Of a DNA stretch of 64,000 nt, positions 24,770 through 38,724 are shown piece after piece. Below the pieces are notes generated by a model that was not told the DNA's origin, searched no databases, and worked only from the letters and a program-made list of their open reading frames with translations. The stretch spans positions 1,736,001 through 1,800,000 of the forward strand of contig SMSO01000004.1 in assembly GCA_004764695.1 (NCBI GenBank), written 5' to 3'. Every line of letters begins with the position of its first letter. Within the stretch, counting starts at the first letter, position 1. Origin of the DNA: Schizochytrium sp. TIO01 (lineage: Eukaryota; Protista; Bigyra: Labyrinthulomycetes). Both the position numbers and the translations under genes were made by a program.

Positions 24770-27700
24770 TCTTTCAGTGGCCACTACTAGCTAGGTATAG
24801 AGGTCCGCTGCCTAGCTGGTTTAGCTCCTTGCAACCTGGAGCTACTTTCAAAGGAACTTCAAGTTAGTTTCATCTCTCCGCTTCTTCACATGTTTCTGTT
24901 GAGAAAGGAAATCAGTCTAGCTAGCAGAATGGCTAAAAACAGTCGGCTGGAGAATGGCACTCTCACGAGTCAACGAGTCAGTCAGTCAGTCAGTCAGTCA
25001 GTCAATCAGTCAATCAGTCAGTCGGTCGGTCGGTCGGTCAGAGCCTACTCTCGGTTCATCGTCCTTTGACCTGGGCAGATAGGTCTTCAAGTCAACGCAT
25101 CAAGAGCCTGCAGGCCTTGCTTGAACCAGCCTGGGTGGCCTCATCAGACATACTCGCACTGCTGACTCGGCTGGAAACTCTCTTCTTCGCTTCTCAACCC
25201 CTTACTCTTTCTTTCATTGGGTGGGTGCACTCTCGAAGTCTCAACCAAGGCAGGCATGCATGCATGCGCTCGTTTGCTCTGCTTACTAGCTGCTGAGCGA
25301 AGAGCGCTTGAGCTTTTGCTTCAAGGCTCCAAGAAGTCGTCGTCTTTATGCTCCTGGCGAGGCTATCCGTGGTAGCTACTGTCGCAAAGCTGCTGCTTTG
25401 TCTTGCTCTTTGATGGAAGCACGGCCTTATTGCTTTGCAATCTAGGTCCTGCGTTATCCTGTTTCTCATCGAGGCAGGCTCGAGAGCCCTTGGTTACCCA
25501 TACGTAAGTTTCACGAGGTCAAGGAATGAATCGATCGACGGTCTTTCAGCACTGCTTTCTTCTAAAGAAAGCATTTCAAGTTTAATTTCTTCCCTCGGCT
25601 GTCTCGAAGCTCCAAGTTCTCTTCCTGGTCTGCTTCACTCTATCCTTTTGGATTCCTTTCTCTTTCTGTTTTTTACCCTTGCCTCTTTACCCCCAGATTG
25701 TAGCAGCTACTGTGGGAGAAAATTACAAGAAGATACAAACTGAATCAACCAAAAGCAGGCAAACTGATATCAGGCAATCTGAAAAAAGTGATGCGTTGCT
25801 TGAGTTGTGTATTTTCAGGAACTTTTTGGTTGCGTACTAGTATGCTTTTGGCAAACAATATTAAAAAATGAGGCTGCTAACATTTAAAGCACGGATATCC
25901 ACCAAATCTCTAGCTAGGCAAAATCGAAGAATTTTGGCATTGGCCAGGATGAACTGAGAGAATCTTCCCCAACAGAATTTCATCGATTTTTAAAATATTT
26001 GTATTTTAAAAAAAAAAGCCCCCCAGAAAAGAAAAAAAATGTTTTTAACATCTAGATAGGTGGAACCTTAGTAAAATGAAACGGGGTGGAATGAAATTTC
26101 CGTAGTTTTTTAACCCAGGCCTTCGCAACGGACCAATATGTCTCTATAGTAGTTAAGTATTTAGTATAAGATTGTAACTTACAAAGAGTGTCTCTTTCTA
26201 GAAGTAGTAAGGCTTCTCCAACCCCACACATTATAGGAAGCAGTGTGGGAAGAGTGTACTCCCAAAACGTCCCTTGAGTTCCCTTCTTCCTCTATCTAAG
26301 CATCCGCTTTTCCTCTCGAAGTTCTTCTTTAAATTTAATTTAAAAAAAAAAAAAAAAAAAAAACGGAAAAAGACGGAAACGGAAACGGAAACGTTCTTTT
26401 TTAAATGATTATAATTAAAAATGATTAATTTTAGTTTAAAAAGAAGAAACGCAAATCTTATTAATTTTCAATATCACAGCATTGATACACTACGTACGTT
26501 CTTTAAAGAATGCAGGTAGTCAGCGATACAAATTCTTTATAAAAACATAGCCCTGGATGCCAGAATGGTCTAGTATGAGATACTAATTTGAATGCACTGT
26601 CGCCCTTGTTTGTAAACAGCCATGTTGGAAAATAAATGGTCTATGCTGCATCGCGCAAAAGAGATATGGCTACGAAAAGATGAAAAGATGTTGGAGTATT
26701 TCATAATAGCTAGATGAAAGGCAAACGTTGAAATGCATGACTAACATTTAAAAAATGATTTAATTCCGTGCTGCTGGACCATGGAAACTTGCGCAACAAT
26801 TTATCAGTCCTCTGTATGTGCTGCATCTCACTTGGACACAGCGCTTTCGTAGTACCGAGCTAGAGATAAATGCTGCTTCAAACCACATCCGTATTTTTAT
26901 TCTTATGTCCTGCCACTGTATTTTCATGTTAGTTTCCAACATCTATTTCAGCTGAAACTGTTTTCATTTGTTGCTCCTCAGGGGTTTAAATCAAACACAC
27001 TCTCACCAGCCAGAGGTTATTTCTTGCAATATTTCGATATAGAAAGAGGCTTAAGTCAAAATAAGTGCGCTTATATGCTGTAAGTAGGCACTTGGCTTAC
27101 CTATGTATGCAATCATACTAATCATGATGAGTCATGTCTCTTTTGGGCAGTCTAACGAAGTTCGCGCCACAAGCAATTTAGTTCTACTATAAGTTGCTGC
27201 ATCCAGACTGAAGATCGAATAAGTTGATTAACCCTTTAAATAATTAAAACAACCAAAACAAACAAAAATAGGCAATCTGAAAGTCTAAGAATCAGTTTAT
27301 GATTTTTTCAGTACATAGTACTAAATATACTAGTACTAATTTTTTTGAGGTTTACAGTATTGATTATGGTTAGTGTTCTCTAAGAGTGATTGGGGAGTCA
27401 GACATCTGCAAAATATGACGGTCATCTAAAAGGTTTTATCTAAACTAAAGTTATCTTGAATATGAGATTGCATCGATTTTGATATAGGCAAGACCCTACA
27501 AATTACGTTTCTAGTATTCTTCCGAATGACAGCCTTTCAAAAAAGTCCAATGAAGTCGATGCACAGTTTGTATAGTAAGTAGCCTAGTAGATAGGCCGCA
27601 CTATCAACAACTCGGGAAAACGTCGCTTACTTTTTAAGTGGCTAAAATTTAAAGAACACTTCAAGAAACTCCAATTTAGGTCTAGTAATATATGAGATAG

Positions 27701-30700
27701 TTCCTGCATCCCAGTAAAACCTCCTCAACATAAGCAAGGAGTGCGAGCGGTGTAGAAGTCGAGAACCGATCTGGCCATTCTCGCAATTCATTTGAACCTG
27801 TCAACTTTGATTATGACCAATATCTATCTCGAATTGCTGATGCCATTTCTTCTAGAGCACTAGTTAGCTGGCCTTTCAATTCAACACCAAATGCTAGTAG
27901 TTTACCTTCACTAACCTCTTTCTGCAAGGCTGTTAAATCTTTTCTTAAAAGTTTTATAGTTGCTAATCTTGCACAAGTACTTAAAATTTGCAGAACCTTT
28001 ATTAACCGGTAACTTGAGTTTATAGGATGCATTAACTCGCGTTAGAAAGCTTATACCTATGATGTGATATGATGCAAACCATTCAAGCCAATTTATTATC
28101 CACATCATGTACGAACCGAAGAAGACGCTGTTCTCTTTGGCTTTCAAAACTTTGTTAAAGAGCCCATGCAACTGAGAATAGTTACAAGAAAGAGGACTCA
28201 TTCGTCAAAACTGGAATAGTTGAGGAAATACTTGCCTGAACGAATGAGCTCATAATTGTCTAGCCTCGGGTCTTGAATAAATAAAATTCTGTATTCAAAG
28301 AAAATCAAGACGTGCCATCATAGAACAGGTGTTTGAATTATTCAGTCTTCTGTTCAATGGAAGAGAAAATTTGTGAGCAGTAGCTCTGATTCAGGCCAAT
28401 GCAACTACACAAAACATTGATATTGAGTCTAGTTATTTCGATGTACTTAGCGATCGATAAACACGGATGGCATATAAGGGATAATTTCATCTAAATTGCC
28501 TAGCTAATAGCAACCAAGTCGTTAGATCGTCACTATTAAGGGGTTATCGTTATGAGTTGCTTTTTATTCTTTATGGATGTTTTGAAAAACAGCAAACTGA
28601 GCCTTCAAAGTACTCTTGAGAAGTATTATTTTATGATGCTTATTTCATTTTTTAAAATGTATAATTAATTAATTTAAAAAAAAAAGAGAGAGAGGGTTTC
28701 TTTCTGTACTTATTTTTAAAATTAAATATATGTTATAAAAATAAATTGAGATATTGGTTTTCATTTTTTTAAAGTGTTTATAGAGAATTAATTGCACAGA
28801 ATTCCATCCACACTACTCGGTAGTACCCTGAATACATATGAGCGGAGATCCGTGAAGTAGAAAGTCGGCTGGTGTGGGTACTGGTCGTCGATTCTTCTGA
28901 ATCAGGCTACCTGCGCCTTGTTATAGAGTTTTTGTTTTTGTATTTGTTGGTTGTTTTTGAGAAATTCCATCACTCTTAATAATATTTGTAGAGTAACTAC
29001 TTATATGCTTATCTAAGTATTAAAGAAATTAAGAATACTAATTTTACCAGCTATCCTTCTTAGTTCATCGTATTGGTCTTCTTAACTAAAACCAGCTGTA
29101 TTGCAGTATTTTTAAATTGAATCAAAATCTGACGAATCTCAATGAGTTATTATTATTTATCATACGTTAGACAGTTCCAGAACCTATTAAACTAAAGCTT
29201 TACACTACTACCTCCACGTGCCAAATGAGTCTGACTAACGACAGTACCAAAGTTTAAGAGAACTTTTTATAGTGGCTAGTAATATTCCGCTTCTTTCGCC
29301 GCGTGGTACCTTCTAAAGCGTGTATAACTAATTATACTTTAGTAAGATCTAAATAGAGGAGAATATATTGAAAGTGACCACTTCTGGGTGTTCTTCCATT
29401 TCTATTATATAAATATTTCTTTGGAGAGGTACGGTATTTAATTAAAAAAAGAAGTTAAATTATTATATTAAAAAGAAAAGGGCAGATACATGGCGACCAG
29501 TTGTGAAGGAGGAGTTGAATTTCTTGACGCCCATCGGTGAAAAGGTAGGCACTTGGGAAAACACTCGGATGGTTAGTTAATCCAGGGACGCAACTTCAAT
29601 AACATTGATAGGGGGTGCCGAGTGCTTGCTTTCTCTGCAAATGACAACCAAGTAGAAATGGAGGGTGGAGAAATCCCGACGCCGTAGTCAACTTTATTCT
29701 CAGACTTGCACAAAACGTAGCAATGTATTCAATAATCCGCATGAAGTTTAATTTAATGGCCAATCATTTGATTTGCATATGAATTTGTGATCAATGTTTA
29801 ACTCCCAATTCTTTTATGGATGCAATTCTTTCATGGATGCCTTCAGGGCGAATGCTTGATAATCCTGTACGCTTTGTGGTGCGGTATTGACAAATGAACA
29901 GGGCGCGGTTAAAAGTCTTACAGGCTGCAATCTAAAATAAAATTTACAACACATTTGCAAATACACTATTGCAAACGACCTCTTCATGGAACAGAAATTT
30001 CCATTCTTAAAGTCTATGTAGGAAGCATGGAGAATCATCTTGATCCCGACATTATAACGAATAGACATTAAAGCAAAGAAGGTATGTAGACGCCATCATC
30101 ATCTGTTTCTTTGCATCTCTCTCGCACAGACGAGTTGACGACCAGGCTCGTAAGCTGCAAAATGTTTTCGGCAAATCTGCAGCCGTTAAAAATAACCTAT
30201 TTAAATGTCAAGATCAACTTTAGAATGGCTATCGCGACTGGTTTTGGACGATTGTCACAATTTCCAGCGTTGCATCTTCTTCACCTATACTTGTACATGT
30301 ATCAGCTTGTTCGTATTTATGTTGATGTTCCCCGCAATTCCCCAATAAAACCTCTTCTTCTTCTTTTTTCTTTCTCCTCTCCCTTGTTATTATAATAAGC
30401 CTAAATGAAAATATATGCATTTTTTAATTTTAAACGATAATATATTTTAAATATAAATTTAAAATAAGACCCAGCCCACACCAAGATTTGCGCGCCAAGG
30501 AAACTTACCAAGTATCAGAGAGCCAGCCGAGTTTCTGGGAAGGCGTAGCGCAAAACTGTGCCGACAAGAAGCAATATATTGTTCCTCTATCATGTTTTTT
30601 TTCGGGGCCCGCGCTTGCCAATTTGCCGTGAGCAGCCTTCGTCCCGTCCGAATACCTCACCTTGGGCGACTGATTTCCTCCTCCCAAGCAAAGAAGCTCC

Positions 30701-32161
30701 TAGCTTCTTAAATATGTGGGTTGTGAGGGGGGATTAGAAGCTATTGTTTGTGTCCCCGAAGTAATATCATAACATAGTTACAAAAGGGAAAGGGATTTTT
30801 TCTTTTTTGAATCAGGAGAAAGAACATACTAAGAAATAAAGTGGATAGTTAATAGGAAAAGTTAATTAATTAGTTGCAAGGGCCAATATGCAGAGCACTC
30901 AAATACCACCCTGATTGAGTGATTGCTGCAGTTTAATATCGCACCGGAGAACTCTGTCCATTCATTGCATAAGCGCAGATGGGGTGGGTCTACTGATGAA
31001 ATAAATACGTGCTTTTTCTGCGATAGACTTGCAACCAATATATTCTCTGACGATTTCATCACTGTGAGAATTATACTGATAAAACCAACCGTTGTGTTCA
31101 GGTGACGGATAATTGCTTCCCCCACTTCAGTGCATTTTTTTTTTTAACTCAGACCAAGAAAATTAATAATAATTAGAATACAAGCATACCCCCGGAATCT
31201 TTAACCTGTTAAAAAACATTTAAACACTTTCCTAGCTATTTGACTGGAGTAGGCCAAACTTGGCAGCAACTAATGACAAACAGAAGTTAGAACGCGTACA
31301 TTATTTCTCTGCACCCTGGTGCAAAGAGTAGTTACGCCAGCTTGGTCCGCACAGCGATCTCACTAAAGGATGCTCTATAGTGTATGCCTACGCGTTCGTG
31401 TACTTCTGATTACCGCACAGGTTAAATTCACATCACTCGTTACAACTGAAGCTTGCAAACACAACGTAGATACCGCCGTGTCTGATTAGCAGTGCGTGCT
31501 GTCCAGTTGTCCCTGCCTTCTTCTCTGCCAGTGGGCGCATAAATTTAATATTAAAAAAAGCTTCTATAAAATGAAAATTAGAAAACTAGAAAAGATTGGT
31601 AGTATGATGTAATTAGATACGTACGTAGAGACGTAAAAAAGAAAAAAAAAGTTGATCTGATCTACTACCTAGGCTGGTAAGTACTATGATACTTCTCAGC
31701 GGCTTGGAAGTGCTTTGTCATAATGCGCGACGGCACCTGAAAGAATCCATGTTTATTTCCTGCTTATTCGTGTCTTCACCAACATTTGCTTCTCTTTGGG
31801 GGTTCCACAGGGTGAGACTGTCGATTGTATTGATGCGATGAATGGTGACGGAGGTGGAGCGCAGACTTGAACAGTGCCAATCGCACTTTTCCGTCACTCT
31901 GACGCTTAGGGAAAGAGCAACACTAGTGCTGCACAGGTTGGGAGTGTGGCCCTTCTCGGCATCCTGCTTTGCGTGAGCCTGCTCAGCAATTGCTTGGTGA
32001 TTGGTTCTCTGTACAGCACGTACTGTACGTGTGGCACCATCTTTCGTGGTGGATCTCACCATCAGACATCGCAAAATGCGAACAGCCTTCGCCGTGAACG
32101 TGTGCCGGGAGTGTTATCATAGCTGACCGCCCTTGTGCTCCTTGACAACTAGAGCTATACT

Positions 32162-32720
32162 CGTCCTGCATGTTTTGCTGTTTGCTGTGAATGTGCTCTC
32201 CAATGCGAAGTATCGTTCATGAAAACGAATCAGGCAAGACTACCTTTCGTAAATTGGGTACCTGTGATTTCAGCCCTATCAAGGAACCTTGAAACTAGGT
32301 AGAGTACTCGCGTTGTTGTGCAAGCAGCCTTTGCATCCCTTCAGCGTTCAGACTCCAATAGCAACCTTAACTGGGCATGCTTTCAGCCTGCTGGGATCCA
32401 GACCTGACTCGTTATGCGAAATACTAGTGTAGATGTAGGTCCCTACCGGTACCGTTTTTAATGTTATTAATTTGAGCAATGACGGGAGTGGAGAGTGCTA
32501 TCAATTCCCCGTCCTGCTTGTTTTGCTGTTTGCTGTGAATGTGCTCTCTATTGTGAATTACCGTTTATGAAAACGATTCCAGCAGGACTATTTTCTCAAA
32601 TTATGTACCTGTGACTTCAGAGTTATCAAGGAACCTGGTTGAATTTGCCAGCCTTTGCATCCGAACAGCGTCCAGACTCGAACGGCAATCAACTGGACAT
32701 TTTGCCTACCGGGATCCAGA
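32162..32720. repeat. Diverged tandem duplication (copies at 32162-32402 and 32510-32720)
   Basis: Shared collinear blocks cgtcctgc.tgttttgctgtttgctgtgaatgtgctctc, atgaaaacga, gtacctgtga.ttcag, tatcaaggaacct, cagcctttgcatcc and gggatccaga. Confidence 0.9.
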
Positions 32721-35558
32721 GCTAAGCTTATTAGTCATGCGGAGTTAGAAATATTTTTAAAAAGTTTTTAAAAAAACTAAAAAATCTTTCTTCAATTTAT
32801 TTTATTTAAAAAGTATAACAACATTTAAAATTAATAAAAGCAAGCAAAAAAATGAAATGAAAACATCGCACTTTTCGGCACCGCGCGAGTTTTTCGACAC
32901 GAAAGAAAAAGACTCTATAAGACAATTGTTACTTCGTGGTCAAAGTCGCGTACTCCATACATGGACTATAGGACATAGTCTATATGTCCCTTTCCTTTCA
33001 AGGGATGGTGGTACTTTTATTGGAAGGGTTTTCTTTTTTTGGGGGGTCTTTAAAACACTTGAACTGGTAGTAGTAGAAGTTGTAATAGTAGTAGTGTCCA
33101 CTATCTAGGGTTAGATGCGCTGTTGGGCAACACGTGTGAGCCAGCTAGACTACACATATGCACTCACTCGCCTCTTAATACAATAAATGCTGTTGTTGTA
33201 TTCGTTTTCAAAAACAAGAAAGCAGATTAAACGAGGGTCTAAACGTGATGACGAGCGAGTTGGTTTTTGGCCGTCAACGCAGCCTCGTTTCCGGCAACAA
33301 CGCAAGAGCACTTGACGAATGCATCCTTCAAGGTCGACGGGGCGAGCCGCTGAGCATGGCAATCAATCAATCGCAGCCTCGCCAAGTTGTTGAGACTGCC
33401 ACGTCTTGCGTCCGTGTGGTCTGCCACTTCGCGCGCGAAGGAGAAGGGGAACCAGCCTCCGCCAACAATTAATTAACGCAAGCACGGAGACGAAGAAGGC
33501 AGGCAGCAGTCAGCCTAAGGCTCTACGCTGATAGCGTCTACTACGTCTAGCTAGCTAGCTCCCGTTACTGTGACACCAAGTCAAGCAGTAAAAGGAAACA
33601 GTTGTTTCCACGAAGTGAATAGAGGGCACTTAGTTCTCTGGGCGGGGAGAAACTGCCTTGAACTTCAGGTTGGTTAGCCAGCACCGCGGCGATTCACTTG
33701 AAATGAATCACATGAAAATTCACCAACTCGCTAGCAAACCACCTCTAGAGCAGCTAGGCGTCAGCTTCCCCAACAAGTTTGTAGAGTTAATGAGCTGAGA
33801 ATGAGCTGAGCTGAGAAGAGAAGAGAAGAGAAGCAGGGGATTACTTGCTCCCATGATTTATTTTTTTGGTTTGTTTTCTGCAAACACTGACGGCTCGTGT
33901 GAATCATCGCTCTCTCGCATATCTATAATGGCCGGCTGCATGAAGACGTCTTGCAAGGCGAGCAAGACAACATACAGATCAACATACCAATCGTGCCGCC
34001 AGTATCCCGCGTACAGAAGACACCCGTATGAGACAAATTCAACCATTCATCCATAAACTTCACCCTATTGATCCATTGTCTGGCTGCCTCGAAGACAGAC
34101 AGCAAGCAGCGCAACTTGAAGGAACACATCCGATGGGTCCCCATACGCAGTCGAGTCCTCAGCTGGGTAGATTTTTTAAAAAATTAAACTGTAAAGGAGG
34201 AACACAGGATGTTAACAAAAAAAAGAAAGAAAAAAAGAGGAATTATGGGAAGTTATGCGATATATTTTAAATTGGCGTTTTAATGCGTAGTTTTTAAAAA
34301 TTGCTCAACCAGGGGAAAAGGTTGATAAACGATCTCTCGCGAGTATGGAAGAATCAACCACTTATCATTTTAAAATGTTCATTTTAACTTTCCCAATGAG
34401 AAACCACCTTTCTTCTTATTTGCTCTTGAAATTCCGAAAGAAAGAGGGCAGTCTTTGTTTGGTTATTTTTCAAAATCAGTGAGTCAGTAATCCCTGAAAA
34501 CAAGTGTGATCCACGATACGCCCGAAGCAGAGAGAGAAAAAGAAGAAAGAAACCAGTTTCCTGCTGCTTCCACCTTTTAGGCTTGTGCTTCTCTTCTCTC
34601 TTAGTTCCCTTCCTTCGCTTCTTGAGGCTCGGCTGCTCAGCAAGCGAGTGAGTGAGGGAGTGAGGGAGTGAGGGAGTGAGTGAGTGAGTGGCCACTCGCT
34701 GTTTCCAGTTCGAGCTCGTTCGCCCGCTCACATAGTCTCCAAAGCCTCTCAGAGAAGAATCTAGCGACGCCAGCGGCGGCAACGCGACAGAGGCAAAACC
34801 CTATTTGCCGCTCTGGCCTCGGCGGGGAAAAGGTCAAAGAAAGGAAGGCCCTTCTGATCTCCGTGAAGATAGATAGGTAGATAGACAGATAGATAGGCAG
34901 CAGCAGAAGAAGAAGAAGAAGAAGAAGAAGAAGAAGATTGGGCGGTTCTTCGGGAGGACCTTTGGCTTGAAGGCAGGCGGCCTCGTACGCTGGCTGCTCG
35001 TAGCGTAGCCAGCAGCCGTTGTTGCTGTTGTTTAGGTCTGGGCGGGTTAGGTTCCCAGCAGAGGCGCCTCGACTTTTTCAGATTTTGCAGGAGCACGCAA
35101 GCGAGAGAAAGGAAGAGAAAGGAAGAGAAAGGAAGAGAAAGGAAGAGAAAGAAGGAAATTCGTTCTTTGAAATCTGGCAATTCCTGGTGCAAGCGCCGCT
35201 TCGATAGCGATAGATGGTGTCCTCGCGCGAAGGAGGCTTTAGAACGAGGAGATCGCCAGCCAGCAAGTGGAGCAGGACGCAGCCCGGCTGGCTGGTTGGC
35301 TGGCTGGCTGGCTGGCGGGCTGACTGACTGACCAGGCAAGCGGCCAGTGACCTGGCAAAGGCGTGGCGATCTATCTCGTTCGCCTTAGTCGAATTTGAAA
35401 ATTGATCGAGTGGTTAATTTAAAGAATTGGCTCATTGATTCTTTCATATGCTGGACGGAGAAGCGGACTAAGAGGAAAACGTTTACTCAATTAAAAGAAA
35501 GCAGACTCGAAGAAGAAACAAGAAAAGAGAAAAAATAAAAATAAAAAATCGATCACTT

Positions 35559-35745
<187 letters not shown>

Positions 35746-38691
35746 GGAGGCAGCAGGAAAAAATCAGAAACAATAACCAAACCCAACTGTTACTAAGCAG
35801 CGTGCCGCATTCTTTCTTCCTCTTTCTGTTTGTTGTTATTTCTTAACCTCACACTGTCCCTCTCTCCTTTCTTTCTTGCACTGTCCCCCACTAAAAACTA
35901 CTATTGGTACTCTACATTCTCGCTATCTCTCCCTCACTCCTCTTTCTGTCTGAGATTGTTGTTTGCCCTCAACCTTCTTCCTTTCAACTTTTACAGTTCC
36001 TTAATCCAGCGGAATACGTAAGGAAGTAAGTTAGTTGGTAAGGAAGTGGTGGTGGTAGCAGCAAAAAACCAATCTCTGTTTCTCTTTTTTCTTTTTTCTT
36101 TTTTCTTTTTCTTTTTCTTTTTTTTCTTTTACATTTTGCATTGCTCGATCAACCCAAAGAGAAAAAGAAAGAAGAAGAACTATAAAAAGGCAAAAGAGAA
36201 TATAAAAGAGAAGAGCGCCCTTCTCTACATCATCATTCCCGTTTTCATCATCCTCGACCTGAGTTTCTCGCCGCGGCTTAGTCGCGCGACGCGGTCTGGG
36301 GGCGCGACTTCCACCCTTCATCTACAGCCCACGCCCGCGCGCATCCCGCTGCTCGCCGTGGGCAACCGCAACTTGAGGCTAGACTCCCTCGAGGACGAGT
36401 AGACCAAGCAAGGAGGAGTGCGCGCAGGGTCCTCAAAGCCGCCTCATCAACCCCAAAGTCAGCTTTGCCGTCGCGCTTCTCTCCAAGCCCACGCAGGGAC
36501 TTCACCGACACCGGCATCGCTCTCTTCGCGCGGCCACTACTGTCCAGCAAAACCCAACTTCTGGCCTCTGCGTCCATCGGAAAGTTAGCGAGCTTGGCAT
36601 CTTGGGCAATCATCGCCAAGCTTTTTGAGCCAAAACATCGTCTAGCTAGGTCAAAAGCAGCAGCATCGCTCGCGGAGGGCGTTCACGCGACAGAAACCTT
36701 TGGAGAGGTCGCGGTGGCCTGTTCTGGAGGCCTCGGAGTTTCTGTGAGGTTGGGGCATCGAGGCAAGCAGAGGTTTAGAGCCTTGCTGCTGCGGAGAACA
36801 GTTCTTAGGTGCTCTCTGGAGCACCTTGACGGGGAGATCGTGGAGATCAGCGAGTTCCTGAGCGCTTCTGAGTTGGCTATCGCCCTCGGGAGGCAGGCCA
36901 ACTAGGCTGGCTGTGACGGAGGGCGAGGCCAGCCCTGACCCTGTCGAGAGCGAGAGATTCTGAGAGGACTCTGGCCGAAATAGTAGACAGGCAAGAAAAT
37001 CAATCAGGCAGCAGCAGGCCGAGAGGTCTCGCAGGAGAGCACGCTGGGAGCGAGATATTCTACAAAATTCATCCAAAGAGAACAGTCAGAACAGAACAGC
37101 GAATCGAAGTAGAAAAACAGCAGCAGAGAAGAAGAAAGAGGTGAACTGAAGCCCGAGGAGTGCCTGGCAGACAAGCTTGGGTGACTTCTGCCAGGTAGAA
37201 GGCTTGAGAAGCAGGCGTCTTGGCGGTACTAAGGACTCCTTCCTGTGCGCGAGGACTCCTTTTCTCTTTTAGTTGGCGCTCTAGCGAGACAGTCTTTCAT
37301 TCTCTCTATATTGAGGTGTGTTTTTCCTTCCCGCTGCTGTTATTTTCTTTATCTTTAGTTTAAAAGTAAATAGATAGATAAAGAGAGAGAGAGAGAGAGA
37401 GAAAAAGGGTCTTTCTTTCTTTCTTTCTTTCCTTCTTTCTTCTATTTATTTATTTGTTCGTTTGTTTCTTTGGGTTATATTTTGTTATTTTTGGGTCTCG
37501 CTTTGTATTATTCCACAGGGGTGCCTCATTCTGCCTTCCTGTATTGTCGGATCGATCACTCAGGTTTGTTCGCGACAAGTTTGAGGCCATTTTGCCCGCC
37601 TTTTCGTGCTGCCCGAGACAGATTGGGCACGCAATCAAACGCAGAAATAATAACCAAGCAAGCACCAGACAAACGAAGAAACCAAGATAGAGAACGCTCG
37701 TGTTGAAACAGTCGTCGCTTCTCTTTTCGTGATCCTTTGAGTGCATAATTCTCTGCGCTTTTCCTCTCTCCACTTTCTTGTGAGTTTCCTGCCTTCTTCG
37801 CACTTTTTCTTTTCTTTTCCTTTACTGAGTTCCTCTTTGACTCACGGCCTTTTCCCAACTAGTCGAGGCTAAAAGAAAGAAAAAAAGGGGGAAAAAGAAA
37901 AAGAAAAAGAAGAAGAAGAAGAAGAAGAGAAAAAACAGCAGAAAAGGGAGAGCGAAAAAGGTTTCTTTAAATCCTTTAGGCACTGCGAGACGAACAAGAG
38001 AGGGAGAGACCACAAAAGCATCGATCACTTTTCATTCAAAAACTTATCTGCTGCGCTGACAACGACTAAAGAAGAGAGCGAAGCAGCAGCAGCAGCGGCA
38101 GCAGCAGAAGAAAGAGGTAGGTAGGTAAGTCTCGCAACGAGAAGGAGGAGGAGAAGGAGGACGACAAGGACAAACAAACAAACAAACAAACAAACAACTG
38201 CTGTACGCGAGGACGCCTCGAGGAGTCTGGACGGACCACAAAGCGCGAACTCAGAGGCAGCGAGCAATCAATCAATCCACTTGGATCGACGAGGAAACGC
38301 ATCGCTAACCTCGCTATCTGCCTGTCTGTCTGTCTGTCCAGAGCTGTCTCTGCAATTGCAGCTGGCTGGCTGCAGCCAGGAATAGAGAGGCAGAGATTGA
38401 CGGGCAAAGAAGAAGAAGAGTCGACGCAGGAGACCAACCAACCAATCAAACAAAACAGACAGACAGACAGACAGAGACGGAGGGAGAGACGGGTAAGTGG
38501 AAACAGAGGAGCAGAAGAAAGAGGGAGACAACACCAGACGGAGGAAAAGACCAAGTGAGCACAGGAAGCAGTGGTAGCTTGCAGGCAGAAAGGGCTGCTG
38601 CTACTGCATTAATTACACGCTTTTGTTGGTTTGTTTGTATGTTTGATCTTGTGGTTAAATAAGATTTGAGAGGCGGTACTCCCGCGTTTGG

Positions 38692-38724
<33 letters not shown>

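Noticed and set aside
27125-27212. ATGATGA...CTGA, a possible C/D-box snoRNA
   Set aside because: Weak terminal stem and no convincing rRNA-complementary guide; such box pairs arise by chance.
36278-37076. Overlapping 110-146 aa ORFs on both strands, and similar ones at 40.5-41.2 kb
   Set aside because: GC-rich sequence is open in several frames at once, with no recognisable domain or consistent splice model.
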